From assembly GCA_934167875.1 (NCBI GenBank), contig CAKPMC010000004.1, forward strand, positions 21,214-85,213: a DNA stretch of 64,000 nt. Direction: 5' to 3'. Under the pieces are notes generated by a model, which was not told the origin of the DNA, did not search any database, and saw nothing but the letters and a program-made list of their open reading frames with translations. The translations under genes and the position numbers were made by a program. Positions 48,562 to 58,022 of this stretch are shown here, piece after piece. Numbering within the stretch: position 1 is the first letter of the stretch; the number at the start of each line of letters is the position of its first letter. This DNA is from an uncultured Bacilli bacterium (lineage in GTDB: Bacteria > Bacillota_I > Bacilli_A > RF39 > UBA660).

Positions 48562-50835
48562 ATGAAATTAAAGTTTAAAGCAGATGCAACTGATGTATTA
48601 ATATTTGTAATATTTGCTATATTTTTATTCTATATAGTTTGCTTAGGAGTACTTAATTTTCCTGAGTTAGCACTAAATGGACATTTTTATGGACTAAATC
48701 CATTTCCTGCTTTAGCACCTGACAGGATTGTTACAACTTTAGTTTTTTATCTTATCTTCCTAGCTGCTATTTTTGCATCTGTATCATCATATTTCTTTGA
48801 AAGAGAAAGTGGTTTTGGTTTCTCAACAGAAAAATCTTCAAAAGGTTACAGTCATTGGGCCAAAGAAAAAGAAATTAAAAGTGATAACGGTGTTGAAATG
48901 GTAAAACCAACAGCTGATAAGTCAGAATATGCTGGTATACCACTAATTATAAAAAAAGATGAAGTATGGGTAGATAACGGTGAGTATCACTCATTAGTAA
49001 TAGGAGCTACCGGATCAGGTAAAACTCAAACTGTTATTTTTCCTACTGTAGAAGTTTTAGCTAAGAAAAGAGAATCAATGATTATCACTGACCCTAAAGG
49101 TGAAATCTATGAAAAAACTTCAAATATGCTACGTGACAAAGGTTATGATGTCTTAGTACTTAACTTCCGTGATCCACAAAATGGTAGTGCTTGGAACCCA
49201 TTATCTCTTCCATATCGTATGTATAAATCAGGAAATCAAGATAAAGCTATTGAGTTATTAGATGACCTAGCTGCTAATATTCTTTATGAAGAAAAAAGTG
49301 GTAATGCTGATCCATTCTGGGAAAAAACATCAGCTGATTATTTTGCAGGACTTGCTCTTGGTATGTTTGAAGATACCACAGAAGATAAAGTAAATATTAA
49401 TAGTATTAGTTTAATGACAACTGTTGGTGAAGAAAAATTTGGCGGTTCTACATACATTAAAGAATATTTCAATACTAAAGATCCTAGTAGTCCAGCATAT
49501 ACAAATGCCAGTGGTACTATAATGGCACCTAGTGAAACTAAAGGAAGTATCATTTCTGTATTTAAACAAAAAATAAAATTATTTGCATCTCGTGAAAATT
49601 TATCAGAAATGTTAAGTCATAGTGATATAGATCTTGAAACTATTGGTGAAAAACCTACAGCCTTATTCATTATCATTCAAGATGAAAAGAAAACTTACCA
49701 TCCATTAGTTACAATTTTATTAAAACAATGTTATGAAACATTAATAGCTACAGCTCAAAAACATGGTGGAAAATTACCAGTTAGAACTAATTTCTTACTA
49801 GATGAGTTTGCTAATATGCCACCACTTAAGGATATAACTACAATGATTACAGCAGCCCGTAGCCGTCAAATTCGTTTTACAATGATAATTCAAAACTTTG
49901 CTCAATTAGATCAAGTGTATGGTAAAGAAAATGCAGAAACTATCAAAGGTAACTGTGGAAATATTATTTACTTAATAACAACCGAATTAAAAGCTCTAGA
50001 AGAAATCAGTAAAATGTGTGGTGAAGTAAAATCTAAGAAAGATGATAAAACAGCTTCAACACCACTTGTTACTATAAGTGATTTGCAACGTATGAAACAG
50101 TTTGAAGTAATTATTATGCGTATGCGTAAGAACCCTTTCAAAACTAAATTTGTTCCATATTATCAAATGGATTTTGGTAAAAAATATGCTAAAGCTGAAT
50201 ATCCAGAGCGTACTAAGGAAGAAGTTCATACTTTTGACTTAAGAGAATATGTAAAAGAAAAGAAAAAAGAAAAATTAATGCAAATGATGAATGATCCTCA
50301 ATCAGCTCCAATGGGTGGTATGCCAAACGGTATGCCTGGTGGTTTTGGAATGCCAAATATGAATTCATTCCCTCAAGGCGGTATGTTTGGACCTCGATCA
50401 ACACCTATGCCAGATAATAGACCAAATTCTATGAGTTCCAATAGTGAAATGGGAAATGGTGCTGGAATTAATGTAGATGATATTATTAAGAAAATTGATG
50501 CTAAAATCGCTGAAATTGAAAAAGAGGAACAACAGAAAAAACAACAGAATAATATTACTGAAGAGCCAAAATCAACAATTGAACCTAAATTAGAAGTCAA
50601 GGAAGAAAAAGTCCCTGATACCACTCCTAAAGAAAAATTAACAATTGATGATCTATTAAAACCATCTTCAAATCAAGAAATTATTCCAAAAGAAGAAAAT
50701 TTAAAAGAAGACAAAAAGTTAGAGGAAATGGTACCAGTTAATGAACCTAAACCAATAATTCATGAAGAAAAAATACCACCTAAAGAAGATAATATTAGTG
50801 ATGATCAATTCTTTGATGATTTCTTTGATGATTAA
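48562..50835 (+). CDS. type IV coupling protein (VirD4/TraG family) with long disordered Met/Gly/Pro- and Glu/Lys/Pro-rich C-terminal tail
   Basis: Two N-terminal TMs, Walker A VIGATGSGKTQ and Walker B FLLDEFANMPP. The C-terminal tail contains PMGGMPNGMPGGFGMPNMNSFPQGGMFGP repeats. Confidence 0.8.
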   Translation: MKLKFKADATDVLIFVIFAIFLFYIVCLGVLNFPELALNGHFYGLNPFPALAPDRIVTTLVFYLIFLAAIFASVSSYFFERESGFGFSTEKSSKGYSHWAKEKEIKSDNGVEMVKPTADKSEYAGIPLIIKKDEVWVDNGEYHSLVIGATGSGKTQTVIFPTVEVLAKKRESMIITDPKGEIYEKTSNMLRDKGYDVLVLNFRDPQNGSAWNPLSLPYRMYKSGNQDKAIELLDDLAANILYEEKSGNADPFWEKTSADYFAGLALGMFEDTTEDKVNINSISLMTTVGEEKFGGSTYIKEYFNTKDPSSPAYTNASGTIMAPSETKGSIISVFKQKIKLFASRENLSEMLSHSDIDLETIGEKPTALFIIIQDEKKTYHPLVTILLKQCYETLIATAQKHGGKLPVRTNFLLDEFANMPPLKDITTMITAARSRQIRFTMIIQNFAQLDQVYGKENAETIKGNCGNIIYLITTELKALEEISKMCGEVKSKKDDKTASTPLVTISDLQRMKQFEVIIMRMRKNPFKTKFVPYYQMDFGKKYAKAEYPERTKEEVHTFDLREYVKEKKKEKLMQMMNDPQSAPMGGMPNGMPGGFGMPNMNSFPQGGMFGPRSTPMPDNRPNSMSSNSEMGNGAGINVDDIIKKIDAKIAEIEKEEQQKKQQNNITEEPKSTIEPKLEVKEEKVPDTTPKEKLTIDDLLKPSSNQEIIPKEENLKEDKKLEEMVPVNEPKPIIHEEKIPPKEDNISDDQFFDDFFDD

Positions 50836-50842
50836 TAATTAT

Positions 50843-50874
50843 AAGAATAGCTATTTTACTAGCTATTCTTTTTA
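50843..50874 (+). terminator. rho-independent terminator after T4CP gene
   Basis: aagaatagcta-ttttac-tagctattctt followed by TTT. Confidence 0.65.
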
Positions 50875-50921
50875 AGTATTAGAATTAGATTTTCAGCATA
50901 TAATATATTGGAGTTGATTAT

Positions 50922-51239
50922 ATGTATGATTCTATTGACATTAATGGAATAGATCAAATTCATATTACTACTACCAATACACAACAATCTAATTCTAGAA
51001 TATTAATAGATATTAGAGACAAATATGAATATATTTTAGGAAATATTAGTAATTCAGTTAATATTCCATATAATTATTTAGCCCTTTTACCAGAAAATTA
51101 TTTAAATAAAACCTCAATTTATTACATCTATTGCGATTGTGGTAAAAAAAGTAGAAAACTTTGCTTATTTCTAAATCAATTAGGTTATAAAACTATAGAT
51201 TTAACTGGTGGTTATAAAAATTATCATAAACATGACTAA
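50922..51239 (+). CDS. single-domain rhodanese-like protein
   Basis: 105 aa. Motif LIDIRDKYEY and the active-site loop YCDCGKKSRK. Confidence 0.55.
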   Translation: MYDSIDINGIDQIHITTTNTQQSNSRILIDIRDKYEYILGNISNSVNIPYNYLALLPENYLNKTSIYYIYCDCGKKSRKLCLFLNQLGYKTIDLTGGYKNYHKHD

Positions 51240-51295
51240 ATTGTAACGAAAATTACTGCATTAATATTATATAATATTGGTGTGGTGATTTTTAT

Positions 51296-52405
51296 ATGAG
51301 TGAATATTTAGAAATAATTAAAACATCTTTTATTTTTTTTCCAGTTATAGCCTTTATATTTACTATTCCTTATATATTAATTCAATATCATAAATATGGT
51401 TCCATTTATTATTTAAGGGTAATAATTGTTTACTCATTTATCCTATACTTATTAACGGCCTATTTCTTAGTTGTTTTACCATTGCCAAGCATTGAAACAG
51501 TAAGTAAATTAACTACTCCAACAACGCAGTTAATACCATTTAAGTTTGTTCAGGATTTTATTAATGAAACTTCATTATCAATCACTAACATTCATACATA
51601 CATTAAAGCATTATTAGAGCCTTGTTTCTATGTAGTAATATATAATATACTATTATGTCTACCATTTGGAATATACATGCACTATTACTTTAAAAAGAGT
51701 CTAAAGAAAACAGTTCTGTGTACATTTTTATTAAGTTTATTTTTTGAATTAACACAATTAACAGGTTTATATTTTATCTATCCTAGAGGTTATCGTTTAT
51801 TCGATGTTGATGATCTAATTTTAAATACCTTTGGAGGTTTACTTGGCTATTATATTGGAAAATTATTTATAAAAATTTTACCAAATAGGGATAGAATAGA
51901 TGAAAAGTCATATCAGTTAGGTCATAAAGTATCTTTTTTAAGAAAATTAGTAGCCCTTAACATAGATCTGTTCCTATTAGCAGCAACTATTTCTATTTTA
52001 TCTATCTTTACCGCAAACCGTTATTTATATTATTTTTTGATTATTGTATATTATATATTAATTCCAATAATTACTAATGGTAAAACACTATCGTATATAT
52101 TTTTGAACTTAAAAATAGATGGTAATGATATTAAATCTAAAAAATATCAAATATTAGTAAGACAAATATTATGGCTATTAGAAATGGTACTTCCTATGTT
52201 ATTAATTGAAATAATAGATAAATATATATCTAATTTATCAATTACTTATATACTTCTAATAACACTAATTATATTTAATTATTATTTAATAATATTAATA
52301 AAAGTATTTCTGAAAAAAACATTAATTTATGAAAAACTAAGTAAAACTCACATAGTTAGTACTATAAATGAAAAACTTGAAAAAGATAAAAAAATAACTG
52401 ACTAA
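51296..52405 (+). CDS. VanZ-family / RDD-family membrane protein
   Basis: VanZ-like motif FELTQLTGLYFIYPRGYRLFDVDDLILNTFGGLLGY. The C-terminal half has RDD-like TM helices. Confidence 0.5.
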   Translation: MSEYLEIIKTSFIFFPVIAFIFTIPYILIQYHKYGSIYYLRVIIVYSFILYLLTAYFLVVLPLPSIETVSKLTTPTTQLIPFKFVQDFINETSLSITNIHTYIKALLEPCFYVVIYNILLCLPFGIYMHYYFKKSLKKTVLCTFLLSLFFELTQLTGLYFIYPRGYRLFDVDDLILNTFGGLLGYYIGKLFIKILPNRDRIDEKSYQLGHKVSFLRKLVALNIDLFLLAATISILSIFTANRYLYYFLIIVYYILIPIITNGKTLSYIFLNLKIDGNDIKSKKYQILVRQILWLLEMVLPMLLIEIIDKYISNLSITYILLITLIIFNYYLIILIKVFLKKTLIYEKLSKTHIVSTINEKLEKDKKITD

Positions 52406-52554
52406 ATATATTATAAGAAGCAAATTATTTAAGAATTTGTTTCTTTTTTTTTAACTTTTTTAATAATTTCTTAGATATTTATAAAAAAATAGAAATAATA
52501 CTATTGTGAGTAAAGACGTCTTACTTCAAAAAATATAAATAAAAGAGGAATGAT

Positions 52555-53379
52555 ATGTTAAAAGATGAAATAAGAAACATGAAAATAGATGTAATGAATG
52601 ATGCATTAGCTAAAGCTCTTTTAAGAAGCGAAGAAGCAAGAGAAGTAGTAGCAACATTTATAAGTAAAGTAGCAGGAATAGATAAAGAATTATTAATTAA
52701 TGCGAAATATGTAGGAGGAGAAATACCAAAGAAAAAGATATATGAAAAAAATAAAGAATCAGATGTGATGGTTTTAATAGATGAGAATCATAGGATAATA
52801 GTAGAAATAAATAGAAATAGTACTAATTATATATTTGATAAGAATTCATCATATGCTATGGCAAGTATTATAGAGATGACTAGGCCAAGAAATACTAGAT
52901 TTCCAACAGTAATATTAATAAACTTAGATAATTTTAATAAGTATCATACTAAGTTACCAGTATTAACATTTGTACCAAGAGATGAAGAAGGAAATATAGA
53001 GACAAATTTATATAAATCAATACATATAATACTTGAAAATATAGTTAACCAAGAGTATACTATAGATAACGAAATAGTTAAGTTTGCGAAACTATTGAGA
53101 GCTAAAAGTATAGAAGAGTTAGAAAAAGAATTCAAGGAAGATGATAATTATATGAAAGCGGTAAATAAGATAGAAGAGTTATTAATGGATCCTAATTTTG
53201 CTGGAGCATATGATGTAGAAGAAAGAAGAGCTTTTGATATGGAAGATATGCGTCTTACTGGTAAAAAGGAGAAACAGCTTGAAATAGCTAAAAAGATGTT
53301 AAAGGATATAACAGATTATAATTTGATTGCTAAATACACAGGCTTATCAATAGAAGAAATAAAAGAATTAAAAGTTTAG
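52555..53379 (+). CDS. Rpn/YhgA-family recombination-promoting nuclease / putative transposase (PD-(D/E)XK)
   Basis: 274 aa with DVMVLIDENHRIIVEIN (D...E.N core). The C-terminal tail LEIAKKMLKDITDYNLIAKYTGLSIEEIKELKV is typical of this family. Confidence 0.5.
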   Translation: MLKDEIRNMKIDVMNDALAKALLRSEEAREVVATFISKVAGIDKELLINAKYVGGEIPKKKIYEKNKESDVMVLIDENHRIIVEINRNSTNYIFDKNSSYAMASIIEMTRPRNTRFPTVILINLDNFNKYHTKLPVLTFVPRDEEGNIETNLYKSIHIILENIVNQEYTIDNEIVKFAKLLRAKSIEELEKEFKEDDNYMKAVNKIEELLMDPNFAGAYDVEERRAFDMEDMRLTGKKEKQLEIAKKMLKDITDYNLIAKYTGLSIEEIKELKV

Positions 53380-53393
53380 TAAAGCTTAATCTA

Positions 53394-53731
53394 CTATAGA
53401 TAACGAAATAGTTAAGTTTGCGAAACTATTGAGAGCTAAAAGTATAGAAGAGTTAGAAAAAGAATTCAAGGAAGATGATAATTATATGAAAGCAGTAAAT
53501 AAGATAGAAGAATTATTAATGGATCCTAATTTTGCTGGAGCATATGATGTAGAAGAAAGAAGAGCTTTTGATATGGAAGATATGCGTCTTACTGGAAAGG
53601 ATGAAGGGATAGCAGAAGGTAAAAAGAAGCAGCAGCATGAGATAGCTAAAAAGATGATTAATAAGGGTATGGATCTTTCTTCTATTTTTGAATTAACAGG
53701 CTTATCAATAGAAGAAATAAAAAAATTATAG
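53394..53731 (+). pseudogene. tandemly duplicated 3' segment of the Rpn-family gene carrying an alternative, more canonical C-terminal tail
   Basis: About 205 bp at 53061-53268 is repeated at 53394-53601 with about 3 mismatches. The copy then continues ...GKDEGIAEGKKKQQHEIAKKMINKGMDLSSIFELTGLSIEEIKKL*. It has no start codon or RBS of its own. Confidence 0.55.
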
Positions 53732-53754
53732 ACTAGCCTAAAATACTGTTAAGT

Positions 53755-53796
53755 AACACCGATATGTAGTAATTTAACTATTATCGGTGTTTATTT
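53755..53796 (+). terminator. hairpin plus T-run terminator
   Basis: aacaccgata...tatcggtgtt followed by TATTTTGG. Confidence 0.45.
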
Positions 53797-53820
53797 TGGT
53801 AAAAAAATAGCAAAAAAATC

Positions 53821-53849
53821 TTTATTTCTTACTGATTCTATGCTATAAT
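53821..53849 (+). promoter_or_regulatory. extended -10 promoter for typA (TGcTATAAT)
   Basis: tgctataat with a weak TTTATT -35 located 17 nt upstream. Confidence 0.4.
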
Positions 53850-53880
53850 CATCAAGAAACTTATGTAGGAAGTGAAATTT

Positions 53881-55695
53881 ATGAAAAAAAGAAATATAGC
53901 TATAATTGCCCATGTTGACCATGGAAAGACTACTTTAGTAGATCAAATTTTAAAGTCAAGTGGAACTTTTAGAGAAAATGAAGATGTTTCTCAAATATCA
54001 ATGGATTCTAACCAACTTGAAAAAGAGCGTGGAATAACTATTCTAGCTAAAACAACAGCTATCAATTATAAGGATTATCGTATCAATATCATGGATACCC
54101 CAGGACATGCTGATTTTGGTGGCGAAGTAGAACGTATTATGAATATGGTAGACGGCGTTTTATTAGTTGTTGATGCTTATGAGGGAACAATGCCACAAAC
54201 TAGATTCGTTTTAAAAAAGGCATTAGAGGCTGGAGTAAAACCACTTGTAGTTATCAACAAGGTAGATAAACCTAGTGCTAGAGTAAAACAAGTAGTAGAT
54301 GAAGTATTAGACTTATTCATTGAATTAGGTGCTGATGATGATCAATTAGATTTCAAAGTTGTATATGCTAGTGCTATTAATGGTACATGTAGCTTAGACC
54401 CAGATATTAATACTCAAACTCCAGGATTTAATGAATTATTAGATTTAATTATTGATGAAATACCAGCCCCATCTGGTAGTGCTGATGAACAATTACAATT
54501 TCAACCAGCATTACTAGACTATAATGAATTTGTAGGAAGAATTGGTATTGGTAGAGTTCATAATGGAAAAATTAAAGTAGGACAAATGGTATCATGTATA
54601 CGTTTAGATGGTAGTGTTAAAAACTTTAGAATTCAAAAATTATTTGGTTTCTTAGGAATGAAAAGATTAGAAATAGAAGAAGCAGAAGCAGGAGATATCA
54701 TAGCTGTAGCAGGTCTTGCTGATATATCAGTAGGAGAAACAATTTGTAATCAAGGTGAACATTTACCACTTCCTAAACTTCATATTGATGAACCAACATT
54801 ACAAATGACATTTGCTACAAATAGTTCACCATTTGTTGGTAAAGAAGGTAAATTCTTAACAGCACGTCAAATTGAAGATAGACTAAACAAAGAACTTCAA
54901 AGAGATGTAAGTTTAAGAGTTGAACAATTAGATGGTGAAAGCTTCTTAGTATCAGGTCGTGGAGAACTTCATTTATCTATCCTAATTGAAAACATGCGTC
55001 GTGAAGGATTTGAATTACAGGTATCTAAACCACAGGTTATTGTAAAAGAAGTAGATGGCGTTAAAATGGAACCATTTGAAGATTTACAAATCGAAGTACC
55101 AGAAGATTGTGTTGGACCAGTAATTGAACAATTAGGTACTCGTGGTGGTATTATGGAAAATATGGCTAACTATGAAAATCAAGTTAGATTAACTTATATT
55201 ATTCCATCACGTGGTTTAATTGGATTTACTACTGACTTTATGACTATGACTAAAGGTTATGGTATAATAAATCATACATTTAGAGAATATATGAAACAAG
55301 AAAGCGTAAACATTGGTGAAAGAAAACTTGGTGTTTTAGTTTCAACTGAACAAGGTAAATCATCAGCTTATGCGTTAGGACAATTAGAAGATCGTGGTAT
55401 CATGTTTATTGAACCTGGTGTTGAAGTATATGAAGGTATGATAGTTGGTGAATGTAACCGTGACAATGATCTAGCAGTTAACGTTGTTAAAGGAAAACAA
55501 TTAACTAATACTCGTGCAGCTAGTGCTGATAAGACAGTCGTATTAAAAAGACCACGTCCTATTACTCTAGAAGGAGCATTAGATTATATCAATAGTGATG
55601 AATTAGTAGAAGTTACACCAGTTAGTATCCGCCTACGTAAGAGAATCTTAGATACAGAACAAAGAAAGAAATTTGATGCTAGAAAAGCTTCTTAA
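53881..55695 (+). CDS. typA: translational GTPase TypA/BipA
   Basis: [18 protein letters not shown]1 motif and DTPGHADF, with EF-G-like domains through to the C-terminus. AGGAAGTGA RBS before the ATG. Confidence 0.92.
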   Translation: MKKRNIAIIAHVDHGKTTLVDQILKSSGTFRENEDVSQISMDSNQLEKERGITILAKTTAINYKDYRINIMDTPGHADFGGEVERIMNMVDGVLLVVDAYEGTMPQTRFVLKKALEAGVKPLVVINKVDKPSARVKQVVDEVLDLFIELGADDDQLDFKVVYASAINGTCSLDPDINTQTPGFNELLDLIIDEIPAPSGSADEQLQFQPALLDYNEFVGRIGIGRVHNGKIKVGQMVSCIRLDGSVKNFRIQKLFGFLGMKRLEIEEAEAGDIIAVAGLADISVGETICNQGEHLPLPKLHIDEPTLQMTFATNSSPFVGKEGKFLTARQIEDRLNKELQRDVSLRVEQLDGESFLVSGRGELHLSILIENMRREGFELQVSKPQVIVKEVDGVKMEPFEDLQIEVPEDCVGPVIEQLGTRGGIMENMANYENQVRLTYIIPSRGLIGFTTDFMTMTKGYGIINHTFREYMKQESVNIGERKLGVLVSTEQGKSSAYALGQLEDRGIMFIEPGVEVYEGMIVGECNRDNDLAVNVVKGKQLTNTRAASADKTVVLKRPRPITLEGALDYINSDELVEVTPVSIRLRKRILDTEQRKKFDARKAS

Positions 55696-55706
55696 TAAAT
55701 AAAAAT

Positions 55707-55733
55707 AAGGTTGATTTTATCAACCTTTTATTG
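55707..55733 (+). terminator. rho-independent terminator after typA
   Basis: aaggttgat-ttt-atcaacctt followed by TTATT. Confidence 0.6.
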
Positions 55734-55810
55734 TGTCTCAATTTAAAAATAAAATATACATCTACCATGATATATGATATAATACATTTATAATAAAAGG
55801 GGCGATAAAT

Positions 55811-56569
55811 ATGAATCAAAATGAACCACAAAATAACATTCAAAATAATAATCAAATCAATAATGTAGTTGAAAACAATACTTTAACTGAACCAAGTAAT
55901 GTAGAAAATCCTAATCCAACTCCAATAGCTGAAGTTAAAGTAGAACAACCTAACATGGAACCAAAAACACCAAATAAAAGCAATAAAGTATCAACTATAT
56001 TACTAATACTACTATTTATTTTCTTCTTTGCTTTAGTAATGGGTATGCCATATATTAATAATTTTATTAATAACTTAAATAAAGATAAAGGTATATCTGA
56101 AATAGAACAAAAAGCTAAACAAGAAGAAGAAAAACAAAAACAAGCAGAAAAAAACAATCAACCAACCACTAATCTAGAAGAAAAGTTAACTACTTTAACA
56201 TGTACTATATCAACCTCAACCAACCCTAATTATAAATTAACTCAGACTCAAAAGTTCGACTATAATAAAGATAATCAAATAATAACTAGTTCTAATATTT
56301 ATGATTATACCTTTACATCATTAGATGAAACATATCAAAGCCTAAAAAAGAAATGCGATGAAGATAGCTTAAAGTATATTAATAATGAGGGTTATACTAT
56401 GTCTTGTAACTACAGCGATAATAGTATTGAAATAAGTGATACTTTTGAACTAGAAACATTTAAAACCATAACTGATGGTACAACCGTAATAGAAGCCAAT
56501 ACTAGTTATAAACAAGATATAAATACTGTAAAAAGTAATCTTATTAATCAAGGATATACTTGTAAGTAG
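55811..56569 (+). CDS. membrane-anchored protein with N-terminal Asn/Gln-rich low-complexity region
   Basis: MNQNEPQNNIQNNNQINNVVENN..., a TM at about residue 60 (ILLILLFIFFFALVMG), a K/E-rich helix and a C-terminal domain with 4 Cys. Confidence 0.45.
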   Translation: MNQNEPQNNIQNNNQINNVVENNTLTEPSNVENPNPTPIAEVKVEQPNMEPKTPNKSNKVSTILLILLFIFFFALVMGMPYINNFINNLNKDKGISEIEQKAKQEEEKQKQAEKNNQPTTNLEEKLTTLTCTISTSTNPNYKLTQTQKFDYNKDNQIITSSNIYDYTFTSLDETYQSLKKKCDEDSLKYINNEGYTMSCNYSDNSIEISDTFELETFKTITDGTTVIEANTSYKQDINTVKSNLINQGYTCK

Positions 56570-56636
56570 ACGTTCATAAACGTCTTTTCTTTTTCCTAAA
56601 ATATGCTATAATATTTAAGACGAATAGGAGATTACC

Positions 56637-57113
56637 ATGAAAAAGAAAATACTACTTATTAGTTTTATTATTCTAATAATAGATCAATTTATTAAACATC
56701 TAGTTATGACATCATTAATCTATAGGAAAACATATTCTATAATTTCTAACTTCTTCTACTTAACTTATGTTAAGAATACAGGAGGAGCCTGGAGTATATT
56801 ATCAGATAATATTATTTTTTTATTAATAGTTAGTATTATATGTATAATTGGACTTATTATTTATTTATTCAAAAAGAATAATATTTCTAAACTAGAATGT
56901 ATTTATTATAGTTTATTATTTGGTGGCATAATAGGTAATTTGATAGATCGTATTTTCTATAAAGGCGTAATTGATTATATTGGTTTTATTTTTGGTAATT
57001 ATTATTTTCCAATATTTAATATTGCAGATATATGTATAGTATGTGGAATACTATTATTATTAATAGATGGATGGATAGGTGATGAAAATGGAATTAGAAG
57101 TAACAAAAGATAA
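56637..57113 (+). CDS. lspA: lipoprotein signal peptidase II
   Basis: VKNTGGAWSIL and FPIFNIADICIVCG motifs. Four TM helices. Confidence 0.85.
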   Translation: MKKKILLISFIILIIDQFIKHLVMTSLIYRKTYSIISNFFYLTYVKNTGGAWSILSDNIIFLLIVSIICIIGLIIYLFKKNNISKLECIYYSLLFGGIIGNLIDRIFYKGVIDYIGFIFGNYYFPIFNIADICIVCGILLLLIDGWIGDENGIRSNKR

Positions 57114-57978
57114 TGTTAGAATTGATCAGTATCTTGCTGATAATTTAGATATTAGTCGTAGTAAAATTCAAAAATTAATTAAACAGGGTAAAATACTAGT
57201 AGATGGTAAAGAAACATCAAGTAGCTATCAAGTTAAAACAGGAAATATTATAGAAGTAAATGATGAATTAGATTTTACCATTTCTATAACAGGTGAAAAT
57301 ATTCCTTTAGATATCATCTATGAAGATCAGTATTTATTAGTAATTAATAAACCATCTGGTATGGTAGTTCATCCAGCACCAGGTAATTATACAGGTACTT
57401 TAGTAAATGCCTTAATTTATCACTTCAATTTTGATAATACTAATATCCGTCCTGGAATAGTTCATAGAATTGATAAAGATACAAGCGGTTTATTAGTAGT
57501 AGCTAAAGATGAAAAAACACATGAATTACTAAGCAACATGATAAAGAATAAAAAAGTAGAACGTACTTATTGGGCATTAGTAGATGGAATTATACCTCAT
57601 GAAACAGGAACCATTGATGCACCAATAGGTAGAGATATAGACAATCGTCAAAAAATGAAAGTTACAGATATTAATGCCAAAGATGCTATTACTCATTTTA
57701 GAGTTTTAAAACGCTTTCCAAAAGCTAATCAAACTTTGATTGAATGCAAACTAGAAACAGGAAGAACTCATCAAATACGTGTTCACATGGCCTTTATTGG
57801 TTATCCAATATATAACGATCCCGTTTATGGTAAAAGAAAAAATACTACCGCTTTTGGTCAATTTCTTCATTCTAAAAAAATATCTTTTATTCATCCAATC
57901 ACTAATGAATTAATAGAAAAAGAAGTTGATTTACCAAAAGAATTTCAAGAATATTTGGATGAAATTAATGTACAATAA
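57079..57978 (+). CDS. rluD: RluA-family 23S rRNA pseudouridine synthase (RluD-like) with S4 domain
   Basis: S4 domain RIDQYLADNL..SRSKIQKLIKQG and catalytic HRIDKDTSGLLVVAKD. The exact start is ambiguous (several in-frame Met codons). Confidence 0.8.
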   Translation: MMKMELEVTKDNVRIDQYLADNLDISRSKIQKLIKQGKILVDGKETSSSYQVKTGNIIEVNDELDFTISITGENIPLDIIYEDQYLLVINKPSGMVVHPAPGNYTGTLVNALIYHFNFDNTNIRPGIVHRIDKDTSGLLVVAKDEKTHELLSNMIKNKKVERTYWALVDGIIPHETGTIDAPIGRDIDNRQKMKVTDINAKDAITHFRVLKRFPKANQTLIECKLETGRTHQIRVHMAFIGYPIYNDPVYGKRKNTTAFGQFLHSKKISFIHPITNELIEKEVDLPKEFQEYLDEINVQ

Positions 57979-58022
57979 AACATATTTATTATATACTATC
58001 TAATAGGAAGTGAGGTAAAGTA

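Larger units (their letters stand above)
20333..53731 (+). mobile_element. putative genomic island: sortase/adhesin module + Tad-like pilus module + Gram-positive T4SS conjugation-like module + Rpn-family nuclease genes (no integrase or relaxase recognised)
   Basis: A contiguous block of accessory-type genes sits between the polysaccharide locus and typA. The T4SS hallmarks VirB4, VirD4, VirB6 and a cell-wall hydrolase are present. Confidence 0.5.

Noticed and set aside
52508-52530. Near-palindrome agtaaagacgtcttact upstream of the Rpn-like gene as an operator or att site
   Set aside because: It is imperfect (one extra base in the left arm), short and A/T-rich, so it could occur by chance. 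There is no second copy at the left island border.
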